From assembly GCA_904063045.1 (NCBI GenBank), contig CAJFCJ010000083.1, forward strand, positions 12,681-76,680: a stretch of 64,000 nt of DNA, in the 5' to 3' direction. A program made the translations under genes and the position numbers. This DNA is from Dimorphilus gyrociliatus. Taxonomy: Eukaryota > Animalia > Annelida. Below the pieces are notes generated by a model. That model searched no databases. It worked only from the letters and a program-made list of their open reading frames with translations, and was not told where the DNA came from. Of the stretch, positions 38,861 through 50,600 are shown piece by piece (the stretch's first letter is position 1; the number at the start of each line of letters is the position of its first letter).

Positions 38861-39129
38861 CTTTCCGAACGTTTGACTCAATTGAGTGTAGCAATGGAAG
38901 AGAATAGGTGCTTTTATAATTCAAGGGAAAAAGCTTTAACAATAGTGTAATGGTTTTAAATCAGCTTATCTGCTTATATTCCAAATTTAGCTTAATCCAG
39001 ATCACAAAGGATCATAAAAGCAAATGGAGCAAGCTATCTAATTATACCAAAAATTTGTGCTATATCAACAAGGGCAAAAAATACCATGTTAGCTATGGTA
39101 GGTGATCGATCCAACAACAAATCAACTTT

Positions 39130-39680
39130 AAAAAAAATCATCTTTACTGATGAATCCAGGTTTTCATTAGATGGTCCAGACTACCTACTAACTTGGCAGT
39201 GAGACTGTGTAGGGATAAGCTTCCTAGTGGTGAAAAGGAGTGATGATTTGGGAGTATATATCTTCAGATAGTGAAGTTTTCATCCAAAGACTTCCCTCTA
39301 ACATATTTGGAGAAATTTACTCTGAATTAATTCAAGGTACAATTTTTGCTATGTTGAGGGAAAAATTTGTTGAAGACTTCATGTAGTAGCAGGATAATGC
39401 ACCCATACACACTGCCATTGTAACAATGGATATATTGGAGGAGAATGGAAGTCAAGTCCTTGATTGGCCTCCATATTCACCAGACCTCAACTCCATTGAA
39501 AATTTGTGGGGGTATTTGAAGCAAAAGGTGTATGTAATTTGTAGGCCACAAACACTTGACCATTTATAGGACAAAATCCAAGAAGTGAAAAATTCAATAC
39601 AAATAATATTTGTATGAAGGGATTGGAGAAAGAGTTTGGCAGGCTATTGCCAACAAAGGTTACAGGGTAGGAAAATAACT
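39130..39680 (+). mobile_element. Tc1-family (DD34E) transposase pseudogene
   Basis: IIFTDESRF, QDNAPIH, WPPYSPDLNSIENLW; D at 39393 to E at 39498 gives D-34-E spacing. Stops and frameshifts present. Confidence 0.92.
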
Positions 39681-39853
39681 GTCATACTAAAACAAAAAAC
39701 TAAAATTTATCACTAAAAACAAAAACACACTGGCTAATTAAGCTTTTACTGATATTTTTGGTACACTATTTTTTTTTCAAGTTTAATATTCAGTCAAGAA
39801 TTTTTAAAGAGAGCAGTTTTATTATAAACTTGAACATTAGACTTCATTTAATT

Positions 39854-40064
39854 GGGGCCGACAGAAAACGTCCCCAAGTGAGATTTTTGAAAGCAACATT
39901 TCGGATTGAAAAATGGTTAGGATGAGTGAAGTAGCCATTGATTTGTAGTTAGTTAGGGGGGTTCCTTCTAAGGGTCAGGGGTAATCAAAAAGGTTAGGGA
40001 GTGACAAGGGCTGGGTTAGGGTTAGGGTTAAATCATGCATTTGGGGACGTTTTCTGTCATAACC
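39854..40064. mobile_element. MITE copy a (211 bp), 9-bp TSD CATTTAATT
   Basis: TIR core GACAGAAAACGTCCCCA (39860-39876) and its perfect inverse (40042-40058). TSD at 39845-39853 and 40065-40073. Internal GGGTTAGGGTTAGGGTTA. Confidence 0.92.
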
Positions 40065-40377
40065 CATTTAATTTCCTTTATGAAAAAGGTATAATAGGTC
40101 CAAATAAACAATTGTAAACAACTTTAACATTTAAAAGATAAAGCTAGTATTAAGACTGTTGCAATAATTTCTATACTCAGCCTACCAATCATAAAAAACA
40201 ACTAATAAGATATGATTTTTTTTTACTATTTCAATAACAAATCTATTTAATTCTCCTACATTTGTAAACACATTACTAAATACATTTTGTTGTGGGAAAA
40301 TTTTGGTGTCACTTCAATAGTATCATTTTAATTGACATGCTGATTTTTTTCTAAACAGCTTGTGCTGAATGAAAGAC

Positions 40378-40490
40378 ACAGCTGTGTGGAGGTTCCAACT
40401 AAGGGTTAGGGGTAATCAGAAAGGCAAGGGAGAAACAAGGGCTAGGTTAGGGTAAAACAATACATTTGGGGACATTTTCCATTGGTCCCC
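40378..40490. mobile_element. Partial MITE copy (one end)
   Basis: TAAGGGTTAGGGGTAATCA...GGTTAGGGTAAAAC...TTGGGGACATTTTCC aligns to the right half of copy a. Confidence 0.7.
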
Positions 40491-40599
40491 TGTATGGTGA
40501 ATGTTTTATTAATTTAAAAATAATTAATAGATAGATAATGTACTTTGTTGTATCATTAACATCTGAATTTCATTCATTTGGTGTTGATCTAGCCTCACT

Positions 40600-40900
40600 A
40601 TGTTTTGCCCATTACAAGTTATATCAGGTTAAGCTACCTAACAATAGTGTAAGCCTGATCACTAGCCCTTTGGCATTCAGGATCAGGTGTGTCTTGTGGA
40701 TCCATAGGACAAGGAATACCTTGGGGCCTATAGGATCAAGATGACCTAATGGACCTATAGGACTGGGATAAGCTAATTCAACTATAGGACAAATGCAAAG
40801 AGCTTGGGTGTTTTAACAACTCAAGGCAAAAAGTTTTAACCACATTTTAATCAGCTTATTTACTTAAATTTCAAATTTAGTCTAATCTGAATGACAGATC
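40600..40900 (-). pseudogene. Degenerate duplicate of the collagen gene with its upstream region
   Basis: PIGPLG...PIGP.G remnants (GGACCTATAGG motifs). 40812-40900 resembles 38915-39010, upstream of the intact gene. Confidence 0.65.
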
Positions 40901-41247
40901 CTCTAGTCTTTTTAGATTTCCTATTACCTTCACAAAACTCTGCTCAAGCTGAAAGAAAGCCTTGTAAGATGGTCTTTTGTTGGCTAAAAGAAGGATTTAA
41001 GTGAATGTTGATTAGATATCCTAAGAGACTACTCCGACTCACTTGATAAAAGAGGAATACCTCTGAAATATTGTGGATTTTTATTTAGTTGGTGGAAAGT
41101 AGAACCCTGTAGTTGATGTTCTCTTCACTCTTGTTCAGAATCTGTCCTTGTGGTTTAAGAGATATAAGAAAAGCTTTAGATCACATTAATTTATACTTAG
41201 TGTTGGTTTCTCTGTACCATTCATTAAGGCTGGGTAGAATATTGTTT

Positions 41248-41760
41248 GGAGAAATTATTCTAAAACTGCACATCAACAGGAAAATTATTGAGCAAAGCTT
41301 CCTCATCAACAAAAGCATAACACAAAAGTGTATTATTGGGTGTGATTTTCTACAACAAACTGGAGCAACTCTTGACTTTTACCAGAGACAGATTATACTG
41401 CAGTCAATTATAGAAAAGAATTATCTAGTTGGAACTCAACATCTATCCTTCAAAGGACTTCACCCAGTTCCTTATATCACAAAGAAGAATGAAAGTAAAA
41501 TACATACTCTTCAGACAAATATTGGACAGGAGAATATAGAGTTGAAACTAAAGCTCACTAAAATACTGGAAAAATATCAAGATACTATTGCAGGCGACAG
41601 ATTTGATGTTGGAGATTCAGATGTTCCACACCTGGAAATTACTTTACAACACCATATACACAAAAGCCATATATGAATGCCTCCTCAAAAACAGGAAGAG
41701 TGCAAGCAACAAATAGCTGAATTAGTAAAAAGTAGAGTTATTTAACCAAGTAAGAGTAAC
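41248..41760 (+). mobile_element. Gypsy pol fragment (protease C-half to RT start), same family as 1-5299
   Basis: GEIILKL...CIIGCDFLQQ.GATLDF...KKNES.IHTLQT...DRFD.G...MPPQKQEECKQQIAELVKS; internal deletion and stop. Confidence 0.92.
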
Positions 41761-41989
41761 TCTGACCCCGAAATTTCATTGAAGTTTCCTTATCAAATCA
41801 TCAATTTTTTTAAAACCTTTCCAATATTATTCATTTCTTTTCATGGTTTAAATTTTGACATTGAGACAATGTTGGACGTTTTATTCATATCATGGCATCA
41901 TAGTCTCTTAGATAACAAAATCATTCTTATTTTCAAAGGCGAAAAATGATGTTGAATGGACAAGTTTTTTCATGAAAATATGGCTACTT

Positions 41990-42290
41990 GTTTAGGTGTA
42001 ATATTTAATCCATTTACTGCGAGATTTCCATTTCCAGGAGTTGATAAGCCTCTGGCTCAATCATTGTCCAAATGATTGGGGAAAATTGTTTCTGCTCTAA
42101 TGAAGAAAGTATAAATATTTTGTTTATGTTTCTTAAACCAGTGTGCCTAATGTCGAATTTAATGGAAAATTTAAAATGTGCAACCTGATAAACTCAAATA
42201 ACAATGAATGTAAATATTCATGTTCCTATGATGATAGATATTGTGAAGGTGTTTCAAATGATTCATCACTAAAACTGTGTGAAATGAAAT
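41990..42290 (+). pseudogene. Third RFPFP/Cys-rich family member, disrupted
   Basis: ARFPFPGVDKPL (stop), then after a frameshift EFNGKFKMCNL...CKYSCSYDDRYCEGV...LCEMK. Confidence 0.6.
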
Positions 42291-43451
42291 TTCTTTACCT
42301 TTAAATGAATAAATATTAATATTTATATGAATTTTTTAGTGTATTTTCAAATCTTGACAAAAGTTTGTCAATCAGTTTGTAATATAGTTAATTAGTTTTT
42401 CTTATCTTTTCGTCGAGAAAAGAGGTTTAAGGTTCCATTTGGATCAGTGTTTTCAAGTAAAAAGATTTACTTTGTTGTCTTGAAATTGTAGAAATTTCTG
42501 GCTTATCACAACTGTAATTCTCCTTTCCAATTATTTACAGCAGGAAAGTAGGTCAATAGTCCTTATCTTTAACAGTGCAAAAACTTAACCAAAACTACAC
42601 GTTTTAGTAAAATGTATATGTAAAATACATGCTCAGGAACAAGTTAGACATTAATATATTAAAACTAGGCATATTAATAAAATCTATGCATTTTGAAATT
42701 TCTGTTCTAAAATCTTATGAATGTAAATCAATTGATGTATTCCTATAAATAAATATGCCTGTATTCTTTACGAATATTTGATGTTTATTCAGTGAAGAAT
42801 GTTGTTTTTGTGATATTGTTCATCTAGAATTATTGAGCTTTATCAATTTTTCAACAGATAAGAAAATTTAAAGTTATCCCTAAAGTTTGCTAGATAGTTT
42901 TTCTTTAGCAGAATGATCAAAACATGTATTTATTAATTGAATGGTTTCAACTGACTATTGATAGTTTGATAAAATCCAAGTATGAGTTTGTAATCCAAAG
43001 ATGAAAGATATATCATAGAATATATATACAAATTTCCTCCTTTGTTCTATTCTACACAATGGATTATAAAGAGATATTAGAATTTAAGAAATTGAATGGA
43101 GATTTTTGAACCTTTGGCAATAAATGCAAATCTATCACTACTTGAAAACTTTCATATTATTGAAAATACAATAAATGCTGACAAGAACATTTGCTTAGTA
43201 ACCAGATTTCCTAAGTTGTAAGTCTTTTTTTTATTTTTCTCTTGAGCAACTCATTGAAACAATTTTTCAGAGCTCTTCATTATGAAACTATGATGTTTGT
43301 ACCACTCTTTTTTGGTGTTATTATTTTGAGTTATGATTTCATAATTGTGAAATTTAAATATCATAGTACTGAGAAAGATGATACCAGAGCAGGCCTGTGC
43401 ATGTTGGCCATGTGGTCTTCATCTCATCATTGTATTCTATATGTGTCATAT

Positions 43452-43734
43452 AATAGTCTTTCATATTTTTGTTACTTGTGAATTATGAAACTGCTATATT
43501 TCGCCCTCCTAATCCTTTGACCAATTGAACCCAAGCTTTGGGAAATGTATAAAAGGAAATACATTTCCCCAGCTTGTTAGTTCAGTTGTTCAACCGTTAC
43601 CTGGCTGTTTAAACTTGCTTGTTAACTAGAAACTCATTGACTGAATACATAACCTTTGGATGAAATACTGGTGTTTTGTTGTTTAATTTCTACCAAAATT
43701 ACATTTGTTAATACTGATTGTGGAGGAACTTAAA
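43452..43734 (+). repeat. ~280-bp dispersed repeat with a conserved hairpin (copy 2)
   Basis: Inverted homolog of 27452-27735. AAGCTTTGGGAAATGTAT-aaaaggaa-ATACATTTCCCCAGCTT. Confidence 0.85.
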
Positions 43735-44859
43735 GGGTTTTACTAGAACCAGTAGTTTGGTCAGTTCATCAATCATTCAAAAAAACAAACAATTTTTATC
43801 TTTTCTTCTTCAAATGGATTTCTTGATATAAAGCTTGTACAATTTTTAATGTTTTACTACTAACTTTAATATATTTAAGAAAGAAGCTATGTTAAGCAAT
43901 GACCTTGCCCTTTGTAATAATAGAATCTATATTTTAATTTTTGAATATTTTCAAAATATTCTTGTATCTTTTTAGATTATAGAAATTTTTTATTCTTTAA
44001 TGATAAATCATTAAGAAATTTGAAACATATTGTTGTTAAAAGTACTAATATAAGTGAGATTAGAAAGACAATTATCATATTCTGTCAACTTTTAAAAGTA
44101 ATTCATTGTGCAAAATTTTTTATTGTCAATAGAATAAATTTAAATTGTTTGGAAAAGGTGAAAAATAAAAACAGCATTGAAATTTTAAACAATTAGAAAA
44201 AAAATTGTTTGTCTGTGTCAGTGCCTAGGGAAAGTGTTTTAATAATTTTCAAAAAATGAAGATACAACAAACATTATGGATTTTGGATTAGTTGTTAGAA
44301 AACTATTACAACAATGTCATAAGAAGTATATACTCTTTTGATGGTATATATCTGAGTAATAAAATTGAAACATGCAACTAAAAATTCACTTTTTGTAGTC
44401 TTAGAGTTAGGGTATTAAAAACTAGGATTAACAGGGAGCTTGCTTTCTTCTTTCATCATACAAATTCATTTCTCTAGTTGAAGAATATATATCTCCATTT
44501 AAAATAAATAAAACAATTTCCACTAATTAAATATCCATTGGAAACCATTAAGAGAAATATTAAGAAAAATTACTCAATATGTTTAGAGTTGTACCAGAGT
44601 CACGGCAGAAAATTATTTGAAAACTTTTAGGAGGGTCTTCACCTAAGAGTTAGGTTTAGGGTTAGAACAAGGACTAAGGTTAGGGCAATAGCACAATTTT
44701 GTAAAACTTTCAGTTTTTTCTGATGGTATCTCATCTTTTGTATCTCTATAAAATTGTTATTTACTGTCACATGATCATTTTAGAATCAATTGTCTACTAA
44801 TTAAAAAATGTGAAATGATTTATAGAATTAGAAATAAATCATTTACAAGAAAGGTGACA

Positions 44860-45830
44860 ATTTAACTTCACAAAGATGTTGATCATCTGCCCAGAGTTGT
44901 AAATCTTTCTGTATTAAAATCTCTTGAATTCTTCCTCTATTGCAAATGTAAACGCAAACTCTAAATGGGCTATTTGTATAGAATTCGGAATTTGAAAATT
45001 TACACTGTTTTAATGATTTAATACAGCAGAAATTTTCTTGTTGGTTAAATGAGATAAATCTAAAATGACCAATAAAAATGTCTACATAATCATCTCTAGT
45101 ATCTGCAGTGTGTTTACTTGTACAAATTTTGAAAACTGGTATATCTTCAGAGTTTCATTTAATATAATGCTGGATTGTAGATGTTTGTCTATTTGCGCAA
45201 GAACAATTAGCATTGTCATAGAAACAAGGAAGGTTATCATCTAAAACTCCATCAGTGACATTATTTCTGAAATAAAGCGTTGCCTTTACATTATCGCTCT
45301 TTCCGTAAAAATGTTTTTCTCGTAACTCTTAAATACGGCGAATGATGGTATGAAATCAGAAGTTAATACTCTCTCGCTGCTTAATCTTCTACAGTGAAAT
45401 CGTTTAATCATTCAAATGTCGCTAAAAGCTGAAATTTCATAAATTCCAATAAATTTCCATTCTCCTCCTTCAGCAGATATAACAAATTTCAACCATTTTG
45501 TTTTTACATTTGTTGAAATTGTTGTCCAATTCGATGTTTTATTCATTTCCATAATGATTATCATCTCTTCATTTATGATATTTATGAATGGAATATCATT
45601 TTCCAAGGGTTGATTGACCCTGATTTCTCTTATGGTATTCTTATTAAATGTTTCAAGTTTGATAAAAGTCTCTATATCATTGCCATTTAGTATCCACATT
45701 TCATCAATATACACAACGGTATCGCTAAATGCCGCTCTACAATTGCCACTGGAGGCTGTACATATTCAACCCGATTCAATCTTTGCAACATTCTCATACC
45801 ACGTGTCAAATAAGTTTGGAATATAAATAT
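44860..45830 (-). pseudogene. Tandem discoidin/F5-8/fucolectin-like domains, probably disrupted
   Basis: Domain 1 NLFDTW...KWLKFVI...GIYEISAF. Domain 2 NVTDG...C...HLCEVKL. In-frame stops noted. Confidence 0.5.
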
Positions 45831-45871
45831 TTTCAGCAAATAGAATAATTTAAAAATGTGCATTGTTCAAC

Positions 45872-46079
45872 GGATGCGACAGAAAACGGCCCCAAAAGCA
45901 TGGTTTTACCCTAACCCTAAACCATCCCTAATGTATCCATAACCCTTTTTCATTACTCCTAACCCTTAGATGGGACCCCCTTAACTACAAATCAATAAAT
46001 GTTTTTTTCCTCCTAACCATTTCTTAACCCAAAATGCTGCCTTCAAATATCCTTCTTGGGGCCGTTTTCTGTTGATCCC
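45872..46079. mobile_element. MITE copy b (208 bp), 9-bp TSD TTGTTCAAC
   Basis: Ends GGATGCGACAGAAAACGGCCCC and GGGGCCGTTTTCTGTTGATCCC. TSD at 45863-45871 and 46080-46088. Confidence 0.93.
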
Positions 46080-46886
46080 TTGTTCAACTCTTACTTTGAA
46101 GTTCCTTCAGAAATAAAACACAATGAATTATAAAGATTCTGTATTGAAAATATCAAACTTACCCCATAATGACAATATCTTGATTTGTATGAAATACAAA
46201 AGCTTTTATTTTCAAAAATTCATTACTCATGTTCCCCTCTCTCAGTACAAAAGGCAATGAAAGAATTCTTGAGTAAAGTTCACTATGATTGATTCATTTT
46301 CACTGTCATTTATTAAAAGCTAGAACAAAAACAAGTAAGAAATATGGACATTATATTAAAACTTCTCCTTTATTTTTCATTTTTAACAAGAAATAAGTTA
46401 CAAATTTGAATTTAAAAGTGAAACATACATACAAAATGCCTTTAGACAACAATAAATCACAAGAGAATCTTGTTAGTTTTGTTGTATTCTAAAAGTAAAA
46501 TTTAATTGGTGGTGTTCTTTTTTTAAATGGTAATTGCAAGAATAGTGTTGCTAAGCAACTGTTTTGTTTGCATATTCTTTATGTCTTTTGTATGATAAAA
46601 ATCAGCAGAAATTGTAAATTCTTGGGTAACTATTGCTTTATTAATCCTTTAAATGTAAACTCATCTGCATATAGTCTACTTGTAAAGTTTACAATTCAAA
46701 TATAAAAGTTGATTGTTGCGCATTTAAATAAAACAATGAATATTCACAATAGATCATTAATACATCACTTCCTCAACTATATAAAAAGATTAATCTTCAA
46801 CACAAAGACTCAGCATTTTATGCCAAAATCCATTTATTTTTTGTATATAAACTAACTTACAAATGTCCAAAAGTTATACATAAACA

Positions 46887-46903
46887 GCCGCTAGATGGCA
46901 GTG
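46887..46903 (+). promoter_or_regulatory. CTCF-like motif
   Basis: GCCGCTAGATGGCAGTG closely matches the bilaterian CTCF consensus CC(A/G)CNAG(A/G)TGGC(A/G). Sequence match only. Confidence 0.35.
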
Positions 46904-46999
46904 TACAATTCAGTTAGTTGCAATTGTCAAAATATAAATTTTGCACTTGGATCTTTATTTGATATAGCAGAAGTTTGTGTTGAACAGAAATTTTGATGT

Positions 47000-47562
47000 T
47001 GAAAGCATTTGTTGAAGTATGTGTCCAATACATGGATAAACAATTCATTTTGGCCTCTAGAGACTTGGTTCGTTTTTGAGTATCAGAACAAATAATGATC
47101 TGGAAGGTTATCATCCGAGGCTTAATAAAATTGTTGGAGAAAATGTTTCTCTCTATTTAGTTATAGATGAACTGAAGAGGGAGGCAGACCTGATCAATCT
47201 CTACAAAAAGTTGTTAAGTGAAAGAAAAATAATTAGACTTCAGAGGAAGATTTCTACTCAAATTCAAAAAGATCTTTTCTTAATTTGAGAAGATTTTAAA
47301 AAAGGTGAAATTAATGCCAAACAGCTTCTGTAATTGTGCTGAGAATTGTACTATTGAAAACATATTGACAATTATTTGTTATCAATAAAACTTGATTTGA
47401 AAATACATAGAATTTCAGCTTAGTTTCCTAGTTGTTTAGAGACAAAGACTCAGAATACAGAAGAGTATAGTTTAAGCATAACTACAACTTATTAAAACAC
47501 ATGCATTTCCTATCCTTTCATGGACAGTTTCTGTCCTTTCATAGACGTTTTCTGTCGACCCC
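47000..47562 (+). mobile_element. MULE transposase C-terminal remnant with a right TIR-like end
   Basis: TWINNSFWP...RTNNDLEGYH.RLN. GACGTTTTCTGTCGACCCC at ~47544-47562 matches the MITE TIR. Confidence 0.75.
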
Positions 47563-47699
47563 TTGCTACATGATTGCATAATTGAAATCAAAATATCCAG
47601 ATCTTTTTTTTTATAGCTTTTCAATGTCAAATTAATAAATTTGTCTCTTGCCATTAGTTTATTATCTCTAAATTGAAGTTATAGTTCAAAGAGTAGTTG

Positions 47700-50600
47700 T
47701 CTTTTTTGATCAAAGATTAATATACAAAGGCATCCAAAGTGACAAGAGAATTTCATTTGATTTGCAAAATATTGTTTAGATACATTTACAATTATGTCAT
47801 TTATTTTNNNNNNNNNNAAAAATAAGACAAAATAAATTTAGTAAAGTTGAAATTGTTGAGCAAAGGTAAAACATCACTGAAAAAATAAATGAATTGTTGA
47901 AAATTGAAGTGATTCAATAACTTTTTAAAAGTGAAAATGTTACTTTTCAGAATTGATAAATCGAGCAATTGATTGCAAGAATTTGTTAAAAATCCATTCC
48001 TTTTACACTCGTCATTCAAATTTAAAAATTGAATGAAACAGCAAAATTTAAATTTAGAGGTTTTCAATGTTTTTAGTGATTTCAAATTATAGAGATTAAC
48101 TCTTTCAAATTCTTTTCCACTGAATGAAATATTTTCAATGTTTAACAATTGCAAACTACTCAGAGAATTTAGGAAGTCTTTTGAATAGTATTTTAATTGA
48201 GAATTTGATAAATCAAAAGATAATAGATATTTAAGATTAATTGAAGTATTCATTGAAAAGTTGAATATTTTTGAATAGCTGAAATCTAAATGTAATAATG
48301 AACTATGAAAGAGAAATTTAAAAGGAGAAAGAACTCCAAGTTGATTTTTGGAGAAGATAATCTGTTGAATTTTCTTAATATTTCTAAATTCACCAGAAGA
48401 AACTGAATATATTTGATTTTTTGTAAAATTTAAAATTATTAAATTATTAAGGCGTTGAATCATCTCTATATCTTTTAGTTGACCATTGAAAACTGTTAAT
48501 TTTGTAATTTCTTCATTATACGCTCCTATTATCATATTTAATGTTTGAACGGCGGGAAAATTTTCAAAAATTACACTCTTCCACTTGTATTTCAAACTTT
48601 TAATTGTTCTATTCAACATGCTCGTACAGTAGATAACCAGAAATGCTCTGCAATGACATTCTCTAGGGCAATTCTCTTCTTTAAAACTGCAAATATTTCT
48701 ATCCAGATCATCAGCATAATGGCAATTGTCTTTTGTCGATTTGGTTAAAGAATTTCTTGTGCACAACTCATACAAAGGTAGAAATGTATTTTGTCTTCTG
48801 CATTTGTATAACCCTCTTCCTATGAATTTAACTATTGGAAAAGTTTCATTTGTCAAAGATTAAGTGGAAAAATGCCTTAGCTTACAGTCTTCACACCCTT
48901 CTTCATCATCTCCAAATATACATTGATTCACACCGTCGCAAATTAGGTTAGCATTTGTACAATATTGATAAAATTTGCATTTATATTGACCAGGTTTGCA
49001 AATCCAACTTTCGCAATTTTCCAACTCTCTCCAGGGAAAATAGTTTCTTGATGCGAGGAAACCAAAACTGTGATATCTTAGCTGACATCTAAACAATAAT
49101 TTCCTATGTTCACTAATCAATTCTATAAATTCACACACAAATTGAACTTTATAATAATCAAAAGGTCACTTTTTACTTACTTTGCTGAAGGATGCTATCT
49201 TCTATAGAATCTATTTTTAGTTGGGAGGGAAATTTAAGAAACAGCCCTAATGTTGTTTTTATAAATTTTATATGAATGAAACTTTACAATTAACTTTGGA
49301 AAAGAAGATTGACTTGAAATTCCAGTTTTGATCAATATTAGTAGATTGCCGTGTCAACAATAAGGAATCATACATTGAAATCTCCACTCCTTTTTCTCTT
49401 AATTTCATATCATTGATATTTAATTCAAATTTCTTTGTTCTATAATCAAAATTCAAACTGTCGTAGTTGTCATCTTTGGAAAGAAAAGGTAAAAAATTGG
49501 GCTATTAAATTTCGATTAAGACTTACGAGAACATATTTCTACATCGCTCCTATCGATACAATAAGGCATTTGAGCACATTGCTCAACATTTGGAATACAC
49601 TGATTATTAACGCATAAACTAGATGGAGAGAAAAGGGAGAGGGTGAATGTAAACAGTTCTAATAGTTCCCTTACACTCTTTCAACCTTTTCTCCGGGAAG
49701 AGATGCACACTTCTCTGAAGCTATACATAAAGTGATTTTAATGCCTATTTCTAATATTTAGTTAAATAGAACCCACCGCAGTTTTCCTCATCACTTTTAT
49801 CTTTGCAGTCGTCGATAAAGTCGCAAACAAGGTTAACACTTATACTTTGATTACCGTTTGAACAAAAGAATAGGTTCTCAGTTAATCTTGAACAATCTTT
49901 CTCATCCGAATCATCGCTACAGTCGGAATGTCCATCGCATTCATATTTTATATTAATACAGAATCCGTCACTTTTGCATTGGAATAAAGATTGCTTTGAA
50001 CAGCTTGTTACTTCTTCCTTGGCATTTAGATGAAAAATTTGGGGCAAGTCAACTTTCATATCTTTGTTTTTAGAATAGAATTAAAAATACGAATATTAGA
50101 ATTTTTATTTACCAGTTTTCTTTTCGCAAATGATATATTTGAATAGCGGAGTTGAACAGTTAGTATAAATGAGTTCCAAATGATTGAATTCGCCATTTCT
50201 AGAGAAATATGGACACGCTGTCTTCAATTTGTTTAAATTGTCTGAAAAACTTTTTTTTTTCATTCATTTAAACAGATTATAGCATTTGCAAGAAAACAAA
50301 CAGTTTTTTATTGTATAGTAGGCTTGTTGGCCAAAATCCTATGATATCAATAGGGACATTATCTCTATTAAGTAGAATCTCATTTTTGTAAACTGTATTG
50401 TTAACTCTATGCAAATGACATTTATTGTTATTGGGATTAATTGCCTTATCTAATCTCTTACCTCTTCTTCAAAAAACCTGTTGTAGAAGGAAAAAACGAG
50501 AAGAAAGAGTATTTTGTTTAAGAGGTTAATAAAAATATAAAGTTTATTTTATACCAAAAGGAAAGATTTTTCAAAATCTCAGTATTCACTCTCATTTCAA

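Noticed and set aside
38941-39770. TIRs for the Tc1 remnant
   Set aside because: Only a ~9-bp match (AATAGTGTA / TACACTATT); insufficient to define element ends.
41130-41240. DIRKALDHIN resembling the LINE RT motif D..KAFD
   Set aside because: Only one short motif with no supporting flanking RT motifs in frame.
42900-43110. Possible degenerate kinase subdomain V-VI (MYLLIEW...IYIQI)
   Set aside because: Too weak, with multiple stops and no catalytic motifs.
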